From positions 1 through 64,000 of IMG/VR virus record IMGVR_UViG_3300021138_000016: a stretch of 64,000 nt of DNA; one strand, given 5' to 3'. A program made the position numbers and the translations under genes. Positions 16,788 to 24,663 of the stretch are shown here, one piece after another (within the stretch, counting starts at the first letter, position 1; each line of letters opens with the position of its first letter). This stretch comes from a virus. The notes under the pieces are model-generated. The model was not told the origin of the DNA and made no database searches. It worked only from the letters and a program-made list of their open reading frames with translations.

Positions 16788-17045
16788 TTACTTTGAAGGC
16801 TCACTCGTAAGTACTTGCCCGTTGCTATTTGTAATAAACTGCTTTAACACATAAGAAGCCCCCACCGTCAAAGCTGTATGCTCAACACTATGCCAATCAA
16901 TATTAAATGTACCTGCGTTAATTGACGTGTAAACAATACTACCCACCGAACCTATTACGGCAGCTATTAATCCGTGAATAAAATCTTTAACCCTTACCGA
17001 ATATAAACCGCTAACCTGATTTGCGAAAAAACTTTGTAAACTCAT
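16788..17045 (-). CDS. holin
   Basis: Two hydrophobic helices, KDFIHGLIAAV...IDW...YVLKQF pattern; lysis context. Confidence 0.65.
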   Translation of the reverse strand: MSLQSFFANQVSGLYSVRVKDFIHGLIAAVIGSVGSIVYTSINAGTFNIDWHSVEHTALTVGASYVLKQFITNSNGQVLTSEPSK

Positions 17046-17049
17046 TTTA

Positions 17050-17328
17050 TTAATATTTAAGTGTTAATACTTTTACTACATTCATTTGAGCATCTAGTAT
17101 GTCACCAAAAGCCTTATTGATAAGGATATTGCTAATTTCTGAACGTTCACATCCACTTGTTTCGGTGTAAAGTAAATCAGCCAAATCGGCACAAAGCCTT
17201 TTAGCTTTACTAACTTTATCATCGTTGCTTGGATTAAAAGTTAATCCTACTAATTTTTCACCAAAAGTCCGAACAGTTTGGGGGTTTGTTGGTTCAGCCA
17301 TTTCGAATTCTTTTTTTTCTGTAATCAT
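17050..17328 (-). CDS. Acb2/Tad1-like helical-hairpin protein (candidate cyclic-nucleotide sponge)
   Basis: TFGEKLVGLTFNPSNDDKV.KAK...A...D...AQM.VVK pattern recalled for this family. Confidence 0.5.
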   Translation of the reverse strand: MITEKKEFEMAEPTNPQTVRTFGEKLVGLTFNPSNDDKVSKAKRLCADLADLLYTETSGCERSEISNILINKAFGDILDAQMNVVKVLTLKY

Positions 17329-17331
17329 TTC

Positions 17332-17421
17332 TTATCTTTTTTTATTGTTTAATGGATACGCCAATACGGCATAACCCATATACATAGACAAAACTACATA
17401 AATAAGTTTAATTATCCACAA
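17332..17421 (-). CDS. 29-aa membrane peptide, TTG start (not in ORF track)
   Basis: MWIIKLIYVVLSMYMGYAVLAYPLNNKKR; stop 3 nt before next ATG. Confidence 0.4.
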   Translation of the reverse strand: MWIIKLIYVVLSMYMGYAVLAYPLNNKKR

Positions 17422-17432
17422 TTTATTTTATT

Positions 17433-17648
17433 TTAGTCTATTTCGGGGTTTTTCCCTTTCTTCACCAACTTTCTCATTTGATACCATTTATCAATAGTAA
17501 ATGCCATCGTCAATAACCCCGTACCTATGGACACATAAACAAGTACATCACTTGCTGTTATTACTCCTGCTACACCTGATAAGTTGGTAATAACCCAACC
17601 TAGTAAACTGTACTTGCTATTGGTATTAGCTTCGTTTAAATGTTCCAT
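17433..17648 (-). CDS. holin/antiholin-like membrane protein
   Basis: Two hydrophobic segments, basic C-terminus. Confidence 0.55.
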   Translation of the reverse strand: MEHLNEANTNSKYSLLGWVITNLSGVAGVITASDVLVYVSIGTGLLTMAFTIDKWYQMRKLVKKGKNPEID

Positions 17649-17663
17649 AGTTAATTGATATTT

Positions 17664-17891
17664 TTATTTGAAGGTTAATTGAATATTTATTACTGCATCA
17701 ATAGCACTCCTGTCCGCCACATATTTACTCGTCACTTCATCTGCTATAATTGCGAATTTGCCGTCAATAGTTTCTTTAATGTCTGTATATTGTTTTGTTA
17801 CGTCAACGGCATCATTATCAATCCCTTCGCCTGTTGTTATAGCGTTATTTATTGCCGTAGCTTGTTCGATAGTGTCGTAGATAAAATACAT
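17664..17891 (-). CDS. small acidic protein, possible fibre chaperone
   Basis: Directly follows the lectin-like fibre gene. Confidence 0.5.
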   Translation of the reverse strand: MYFIYDTIEQATAINNAITTGEGIDNDAVDVTKQYTDIKETIDGKFAIIADEVTSKYVADRSAIDAVINIQLTFK

Positions 17892-17892
17892 A

Positions 17893-18849
17893 TTAGTAGA
17901 CTTTATAAAAGTTATTTACATTTCCTCCTATTGCAGTAGCGTTTGATATTTGATTGCTTTGCCATACTACAACTTCTTGGAAATATTCTGTACTGAAATT
18001 AGCTATTGCATTATCAGTTCCTAGTGCTATTGTTCCACCACCTGTTGATACATTTGCGGTATTATTTACAGTTATGGGAGCATTTGAACCGTTTAACTTC
18101 AAGGCATTTTCAGTACTATTTAATGAGCCAAACCAAATATTTTGAGAGTTATTAGTATAAATATGTGTTGGAGTTAATAATCTAGGGTTATTTGATGAAG
18201 GATAGCCATTGCCAAACATTAGAGTTCCACCTCCAACCCAATCTTGGTAATTATTTTGAGCAGATGATATAAAAGATTTGAAACCTGTGCTTGGTGGATT
18301 TATACCAATAGAAAATTGATAATTATAACTATAAAACGCCCCTGTACTCCATTTATTAAACATTACACTACTAAAGGATAAAGATGTTGCAAAAGAACTA
18401 AAGCTTGTAGTTGATAATAAATAATTAGTTGAACCGTTAAATACCGCACAAACATTCCCATTTGTGTAGTTAATAACACCAGAAACAACTAGACTAGGTT
18501 GCGCTGTGGCTGTACTTTGCGATACATCATAGCCGCCGCCGCTTTGGTCATACCAAGTAGTTATAAAGCCGTTATTAACCCCAACGAAAGTCTTTAATGT
18601 GGCTGTGTCTAAATAGTTGTTTACAAAGCCGATATTACTTTCGGTGTTATCACTACTACGGCGAACTCTAATACAGTTACCTGCATAAGTACTTGATAGC
18701 TTTCTGAATGAGTAAGCAAAGCCTGTCGTTGGGTATAAGTCTAGTAAGAAAGAGTATTGGCTTAACGGCACATAATAACGGCTAGCATTGATTATTTGCC
18801 CTTTGCCAACAGTAGCAACTAATAGTAATATGATTAATAACCTATACAC
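17893..18849 (-). CDS. secreted ConA/LamG-like (AbfB-N-like) lectin-fold protein
   Basis: Signal peptide ending GKG-Q; AYSFRKL...Y.GNCIRVRRSSDNTESNIGF...ITTWYDQSG. Confidence 0.7.
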   Translation of the reverse strand: MYRLLIILLLVATVGKGQIINASRYYVPLSQYSFLLDLYPTTGFAYSFRKLSSTYAGNCIRVRRSSDNTESNIGFVNNYLDTATLKTFVGVNNGFITTWYDQSGGGYDVSQSTATAQPSLVVSGVINYTNGNVCAVFNGSTNYLLSTTSFSSFATSLSFSSVMFNKWSTGAFYSYNYQFSIGINPPSTGFKSFISSAQNNYQDWVGGGTLMFGNGYPSSNNPRLLTPTHIYTNNSQNIWFGSLNSTENALKLNGSNAPITVNNTANVSTGGGTIALGTDNAIANFSTEYFQEVVVWQSNQISNATAIGGNVNNFYKVY

Positions 18850-21193
18850 GCTTCTTATATCCGATTAATGTTAAAGTAAAATAGGTAGGCTTAGTCGTAA
18901 CTTTTGGTGTTTTAACCCACACCCAAGTATTAGGGGGTATTTTCATATTATCAAAGCTAGTAACACTATTTAGCCCATACAGACTGCTTATCGTACTTCC
19001 TGCTGTCACTAACTTATATCCGCCTGTTGTTTCAACTAATAAACTATCATTTACCCATACAGTTGCTAACACACTAGCCGATGTCCCTTGCACCCCTCCT
19101 TGTATTCTTGTTATCACTAAAGTATCAGTTCCACTATTGAAGAATGAGCCATATACTGCCGATGTGCTGAATGCTGCCGTGTCCCCTGCCGCTGCTGAAC
19201 CTGCACCAAAAGAAACTAATGTAATAGTGTCTGTGTTTAGTGTAACTGTTGATGGTAAATCTGCTGCTGTCGCTGCACTAACATTACCACTACCGTCCGC
19301 CTTTAATATCCCCGTTACACTACCTGCACCGCCTTTAGTACTGCCTATTACTGACCCGTTCCATGTAGCGTTGGTTATACTTGCCGCCCCTAGATTAAAA
19401 GTGTTTGTACTCCAACTTACCGCCGAAGGTGCGCTAAAATGATAATCCCATGTACCCGCTGAACTGCCATTGCTTACCAATACAACATAGGCATAACCGC
19501 CCGAAGGGATGGATAAAACAGTTGTTCCAGAGTTATTGTTTACGGTTACTGCTCCACTAGACTGATTGTTATTGAAACTAAAAGTACACCCATTGGGCAA
19601 AGTAGTTGCATCAGGTAACTGCACAACCTGCCCACCTGACCCTGTTATGTAATAGTTGGGGGTAGATAAAACGGTTAAAGTTATCTGTGTGCCGCTTGCC
19701 GCTACGTTACTAAAACCGCTATAAAACGTATTCGCCGCTACATTACCACACGCTGTATCTACTGTTACACCGTTGGTATATCCCACATGGTTTGTGCCAT
19801 TCCAATAAGTTAGGGGTACTTTCGAAGATGTGATAGTTGGGGAGTTGCCTGTGATGCTACCTGTGCCTTTGTTAGCGTTGAAGTAAGTAGGGGTAATGTA
19901 TAAACTACTATCTTTTGCCATTAAGACTTGCCTAAAATATTGCCCCGAACCTATTTGAGCAAATAAACTACCATTATGAGTGCCTATCAAATTATAAGCA
20001 ACGTTTCTGTTGGTGTCGGGCAATGATAAGTAATTAATAGGATATATCGCACCTCCTGTTATGGCTGCGCTACTCGATGCGGTTACGTCACCTGCAAAAT
20101 CAAAAGAAACGCCACTATTACTTAATGTGCCTGTTTTGCCGAAAGTCCAATAGTTAGTATTGTTATTCATTATTTTCAAGTCGTTATTATCCGTAGTACC
20201 CAATGTTGCAGTTGTGCCGAATGAGTTGCCGCCTTGTGAGAAATAATTAGAAGCGTTTAAACTATCTTTAGGAACGTTACCGATTGCAACCAATAATGAA
20301 CCGTTTGTATTATTAGCGGTTACTATACCTATTCTCATTGCAGGGTATAATGTAGAGGGGGTTGGTGATATTCCCCCGTTATCGCCTAGATAAACGTTTT
20401 GTCCTGCATTGTATATGCTTAAATTAAGCCCCGTTACTATCCCCCCGTTATAAACTATTCTTCCATATCCATTATTAGGGATGGAATCTAAAGATATTGC
20501 AAAAGGGGGGTATCTAGGATTACTACCTTTTGCTATTGCTATACTAGATGTTGAATCAAGGCAAACGGGTGTTAGTGGGGAAATCCCCGTCCCCGTATTT
20601 TTGGGACTAGCCCCTACTGTACTTAACCTACTTGAATTGCCAAGACTATCTATGTAGTAGGGTTCTGTAAAGCCATTATTAGTCTTTGAATAAACCGATA
20701 TTCCGACACTAGGATTAGAAGGGTCTGTACTTAGTGGGGTATAATTATTTTTGGTTGTTTTACCTATGTAATAATATGTCGTACCGCTAGGTGTATCTAT
20801 TGAAAGATTTGCAGTATAGCTTAATGAATGAACACCATTATAAAATGGTATGTCTTGAATAACACCATTTCCCGTTATTACGTTAGAAGGTAGTGAGCCT
20901 AACTTAAAAGCATACCAATTGTCATTTATTAAAGTAGTTGATTTTAATTGATAGGTAGTGTCTGTGTTTTTAACATAAACTAACATACCGTATTTTCTTT
21001 CTGCAAAGGGGATTGAATCCCTTTGACCCGTTGTTACTAATACTCTGTAACCCCCTTTTACTAAACTATCGTATGTTACGCAGTAGTTTGTATCTGCTAT
21101 TGCATTAGTAGATATTGGTGCTGTTATTTTTGTATTTTGGGCATTAGCGTACCCTATTAATCCTAAAAACAATATAATAAATATCTTTCTCAT
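18842..21193 (-). CDS. fibre-like multidomain protein with Sec signal peptide
   Basis: MRKIFIILFLGLIGYANA-Q; GGYRV...RDSIP..ERKYGMLVYV, QGGNSFGTTATLGTTDNN and QLPDATTL modules typical of phage fibres; S/T/G/N-rich. Confidence 0.7.
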   Translation of the reverse strand: MRKIFIILFLGLIGYANAQNTKITAPISTNAIADTNYCVTYDSLVKGGYRVLVTTGQRDSIPFAERKYGMLVYVKNTDTTYQLKSTTLINDNWYAFKLGSLPSNVITGNGVIQDIPFYNGVHSLSYTANLSIDTPSGTTYYYIGKTTKNNYTPLSTDPSNPSVGISVYSKTNNGFTEPYYIDSLGNSSRLSTVGASPKNTGTGISPLTPVCLDSTSSIAIAKGSNPRYPPFAISLDSIPNNGYGRIVYNGGIVTGLNLSIYNAGQNVYLGDNGGISPTPSTLYPAMRIGIVTANNTNGSLLVAIGNVPKDSLNASNYFSQGGNSFGTTATLGTTDNNDLKIMNNNTNYWTFGKTGTLSNSGVSFDFAGDVTASSSAAITGGAIYPINYLSLPDTNRNVAYNLIGTHNGSLFAQIGSGQYFRQVLMAKDSSLYITPTYFNANKGTGSITGNSPTITSSKVPLTYWNGTNHVGYTNGVTVDTACGNVAANTFYSGFSNVAASGTQITLTVLSTPNYYITGSGGQVVQLPDATTLPNGCTFSFNNNQSSGAVTVNNNSGTTVLSIPSGGYAYVVLVSNGSSAGTWDYHFSAPSAVSWSTNTFNLGAASITNATWNGSVIGSTKGGAGSVTGILKADGSGNVSAATAADLPSTVTLNTDTITLVSFGAGSAAAGDTAAFSTSAVYGSFFNSGTDTLVITRIQGGVQGTSASVLATVWVNDSLLVETTGGYKLVTAGSTISSLYGLNSVTSFDNMKIPPNTWVWVKTPKVTTKPTYFTLTLIGYKKRV

Positions 21194-21200
21194 TTATACT

Positions 21201-22181
21201 TTAATAATGTAATGAATAACTTATAGCCCCTGTTGTCGTAAGAGGGGAAACTAATACTGTGTAATTAGCAATACCCCCACTTTGATTTGTGAAACTATTA
21301 TATGGATTAGATATGTATGATACTTGAAGACCCCCTATATATACTAAAGGAGTTGTGATAGTAGATAGGAAAGCAAAAAAAACATACTTTGGACTTGAAG
21401 GGGCAGCTAAATTGCCTATCAACGGTGTGTTAAATATCGTATTGCCCGTTGTATTTAAAAATGAATTTGCACCTGCATATAATTCAGAAGGTGTTGGCGT
21501 AGATGTAGAAGAATACCCTATATATATCTTGCTATAAGCATTAAAACTTGTTGTTGCTGTTGCTGATTTTCCGTCTGTAGTTAAAACAACGTTACTAAAT
21601 GAAGTATTAGTATTATATGTTACTGTTACCCTTTGTGTGTCACTGATTGTACAAGGGGGGGATGAACACCCTGTTGTTGATTTGCTAACCCCTGCTACTG
21701 TAATAGATGCAAAAGGGGATGTTGCTGCCACGTTTGTTCCTGCGGCTAACCTTCCTGCTGAATAATTTAAAGTAGGAGTGAATGTCCCCGCACTATGTAG
21801 TTCGTAATTACTTCCCCCCGTCAAAGTAGCAGTAGGGTTTTGTGTTTGTATCTTTACATACCCCAATAAGGTATCATTAAGTGCTGTATGGGTTACAAAT
21901 AGGCTACTATCTACTGTTGATGAGTTTCGTTTCCATCCGAAACCATTCCAAAACCATTTTGCTGTATCCACCCCTGCATTTGCAAAAATTATTTCTGTAC
22001 CATAATAACGGGCTTTCATATTTGTATCCGTCCTTACTGCGGGGATATAGCCACTATCTGATTTTAAAAAAGCGTATTTTATCCAACTTGTAGAATTGGT
22101 TACGGGATTACCTTGTGGGAGTGATTGTGAAAATCCCCCTAAGACAAAAAAACAAGATATAAAACTAATTACTAATCGCAT
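21201..22181 (-). CDS. beta-rich structural-like protein with Sec signal peptide
   Basis: MRLVISFISCFFVLGGFS-Q; Thr/Ser-rich. Confidence 0.65.
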   Translation of the reverse strand: MRLVISFISCFFVLGGFSQSLPQGNPVTNSTSWIKYAFLKSDSGYIPAVRTDTNMKARYYGTEIIFANAGVDTAKWFWNGFGWKRNSSTVDSSLFVTHTALNDTLLGYVKIQTQNPTATLTGGSNYELHSAGTFTPTLNYSAGRLAAGTNVAATSPFASITVAGVSKSTTGCSSPPCTISDTQRVTVTYNTNTSFSNVVLTTDGKSATATTSFNAYSKIYIGYSSTSTPTPSELYAGANSFLNTTGNTIFNTPLIGNLAAPSSPKYVFFAFLSTITTPLVYIGGLQVSYISNPYNSFTNQSGGIANYTVLVSPLTTTGAISYSLHY

Positions 22182-22653
22182 AATTTATCATTACTTTCAT
22201 TCCATATTGTAATCCCAAGTTTTCTGTTGGGTTGTCAATGGAATAGTTAAAGAAGTTTATTGTTACTGTATTGTTAGTGCCATATACTATTGTAATGTAT
22301 ATTTGATTCGTTACTGCTACGGGGTATATTGGTGTCCCTTCTATTATTACTTTTACTGATTGTGGTATTATATTCTGTACGGGGTTATCTACTTCTTGAC
22401 CTATTACATAAGTTACATCGCCACTATTCAAAACCCCGTCTACGCCAACTATTGTATTCAATTCGGGAAATGTTATTGAAGAAATACAAGAAAGAATGTT
22501 TGATATACTTCTTAAAGCGTACATCCCTGCCCCTGCACCGCCTACCGCTCCACTAACAAGTATCATCTCACTTGGAGATGGGCATCCCGTTAGTACGGGC
22601 AACTGATTTATTTCAACAGAACATCCTGCCATTAGTTTAAAAGTAGGGCGCAT
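22165..22653 (-). CDS. putative virion/fibre-associated protein
   Basis: EINQLPVL N-terminus; beta-rich. Confidence 0.5.
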   Translation of the reverse strand: MRPTFKLMAGCSVEINQLPVLTGCPSPSEMILVSGAVGGAGAGMYALRSISNILSCISSITFPELNTIVGVDGVLNSGDVTYVIGQEVDNPVQNIIPQSVKVIIEGTPIYPVAVTNQIYITIVYGTNNTVTINFFNYSIDNPTENLGLQYGMKVMINYAISN

Positions 22654-22952
22654 CCATTTATTGTGGCTACGCAGTTATTGATTAATAAAGAACAAAATCC
22701 ACTACAAGGGGCGCATATTGCATCTTTATAGGTGACAAAGTTAAGGAAAGAATTGAATTGTCGTGTACCAAATATATCTTCCCCCACTTTTACTAAAAAA
22801 ACATTGGTTGCAACTATATCATCATTTATTGTATAACCCCTTACAACAGAGTTACCAATAGGGGTTACAGAATAACAAGGCAATGATAATACTATGGGAA
22901 ATTCTTGTATCGCCCCATTAACTGTATCTGCTATGATTTCTATGTACTGCAT
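22632..22952 (-). CDS. Cys-rich hypothetical protein
   Basis: ORF track; C-terminal Cys cluster. Confidence 0.55.
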   Translation of the reverse strand: MQYIEIIADTVNGAIQEFPIVLSLPCYSVTPIGNSVVRGYTINDDIVATNVFLVKVGEDIFGTRQFNSFLNFVTYKDAICAPCSGFCSLLINNCVATINGCALLLN

Positions 22953-22956
22953 TGGT

Positions 22957-24237
22957 TTATATAAATCTTATTCCGTTTTTCGATAAATTCTGTAATGCTT
23001 CTTTTGCTTCTTCTATACAATCAGTATTTATCTTTAAATCATGCCCTTTTACTGTTTTTGCTATTTCTACTGCCATTTTAATTGCAGACTCCATAGAGTT
23101 ACCTAATCCTATAACCGCACCGACCTCGCACATTTCAATATTGTTAGGAACATAGTAATGTGTACCATCTTCTTCTACTACTAAATTCTTAATCTTTACG
23201 TTATTTTTATACTCTATTGGGAACTGAATTGCTATTGGCTCTGTTTTAGCTAATTCAGACTTCATAATTAATTCGCAGCCCCAAAGATACTTATATTTTA
23301 TGTTTGGAACAATACCGTTTGCAACTTCCCATATTATTTCAGAATAATTTTCATATTGTTCTAATGTTATAGAAGTATTGGGTTCGGGAAATCTTAATGT
23401 CGGGTCAATAAAATACCCCACCTTGTTTTCATCAACCCTTATTTCTGTACTAAATGCAGCCCTATAACCTTTACTTTGTAGTATTGGTGCAAATTTGTCA
23501 TTTACTTCCCTTACTTGTTTAGGTAGCATTTCATACCTAGTCATTTTGCTAACAGCGCACGCATCTTTTATCTCTAAGCAACAACTACTTTCTTTTGGGT
23601 ATTCCCCGTCCACAGAAAAGCCATCGTAGCCTATTTCTCCGATAGCATCTACGGGGTCGCAAATCAAGTAAGTTTCATCATTTGCATAAGTTCCCATATC
23701 GTGTTTAAGCCTTTTTAACTCTGTTTGTGTAAGCGTATAATTAACATGATGAAAAGTTTCGAGGTCGCCACGAAGGCTTGCTTTGATGTATTTATCTTCT
23801 ACTCTTTTCAACTTATACTCTAACTCGTCTAGCCCATTTGCTACATCATAAGTTAGTGTAGGCAATCCTAAGTCACTAACTAATTCTAAAAATTCCTTTC
23901 TATTGCTTTCTAATTCACTTGCAGTACCCCCACCAAAAACGGGTTTGCCTATCCCTCTAAGATATTCTTGCAATCCCCCCATGTATATGTCTGTAAATAC
24001 AAATAAATCTATCTCTCTAATATATTGCCACCAATCATCTACTCTTTCTACCCCTTCAACTCCTCTACCTATTGAATGTGCTTTATGGTCTTTAAATCCA
24101 TTTGTTACAGATGGGATATAATACAATACTCTTTTATAGTCTCTAGCCAACCTTTCAGCAACGGCAAACTGACTGCCAAAATCGAAAACCAAAACGGTCA
24201 TTTCGCTTAGTCCATATTTATCATATACCTTATCCAT
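22957..24237 (-). CDS. PurD(GARS)-like ATP-grasp amide ligase
   Basis: Pre-ATP-grasp domain, PVFGG..ELESNR, YIK, EIGYDG, STEIRV...FIDPTLRFPEP (cf. PurD E.N.RFGDPE). Confidence 0.7.
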   Translation of the reverse strand: MDKVYDKYGLSEMTVLVFDFGSQFAVAERLARDYKRVLYYIPSVTNGFKDHKAHSIGRGVEGVERVDDWWQYIREIDLFVFTDIYMGGLQEYLRGIGKPVFGGGTASELESNRKEFLELVSDLGLPTLTYDVANGLDELEYKLKRVEDKYIKASLRGDLETFHHVNYTLTQTELKRLKHDMGTYANDETYLICDPVDAIGEIGYDGFSVDGEYPKESSCCLEIKDACAVSKMTRYEMLPKQVREVNDKFAPILQSKGYRAAFSTEIRVDENKVGYFIDPTLRFPEPNTSITLEQYENYSEIIWEVANGIVPNIKYKYLWGCELIMKSELAKTEPIAIQFPIEYKNNVKIKNLVVEEDGTHYYVPNNIEMCEVGAVIGLGNSMESAIKMAVEIAKTVKGHDLKINTDCIEEAKEALQNLSKNGIRFI

Positions 24238-24246
24238 TATTTATGT

Positions 24247-24639
24247 TTAAAGTGATTCTATTAAGTTGGAATATTCAATCCAATCAACCCCACATTCTGC
24301 TGCTAAAAGCATTTCTATTGCTGTACTTTGCAAGTGCTGTTTTCGGTAAGGGGCGTTGTGTCTAAATCCGTTTTCAATATCATCTGTCATTGTACCAATT
24401 TCTTTTGCTTTTTCACAATAGGCATCCCAATCTGTTATTTCTTTTTCGCTGATATTATTAGCCTCGCAAGTAAGCACTTCGAATAATTCGTGAATAGCAA
24501 TTAATGATTCTTTCTTTTTATCCCCCAACTCTGCAACTAAGATGTTCAAAACGCCATTTGCATCATAGAAATAATCGCCCACGTCATTATTTCTGATTTT
24601 GCTTTTATCTACTGACTTAATATGTATTTCTAGTGCCAT
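24247..24639 (-). CDS. HExxE putative metal-binding enzyme
   Basis: VGDYF...IAIHELFE...APYRKQH...GVDW.EY. Confidence 0.6.
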   Translation of the reverse strand: MALEIHIKSVDKSKIRNNDVGDYFYDANGVLNILVAELGDKKKESLIAIHELFEVLTCEANNISEKEITDWDAYCEKAKEIGTMTDDIENGFRHNAPYRKQHLQSTAIEMLLAAECGVDWIEYSNLIESL

Positions 24640-24663
24640 TTTGTTTATGGGGGTTGTTTAAAA

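Noticed and set aside
17412-17420. Perfect DnaA box TTATCCACA
   Set aside because: Single copy overlapping the start of a plausible small ORF; no cluster noticed, so chance is sufficient
22957-24237. Bona fide purD auxiliary metabolic gene
   Set aside because: Altered substrate loop, no other pur genes, structural-module context
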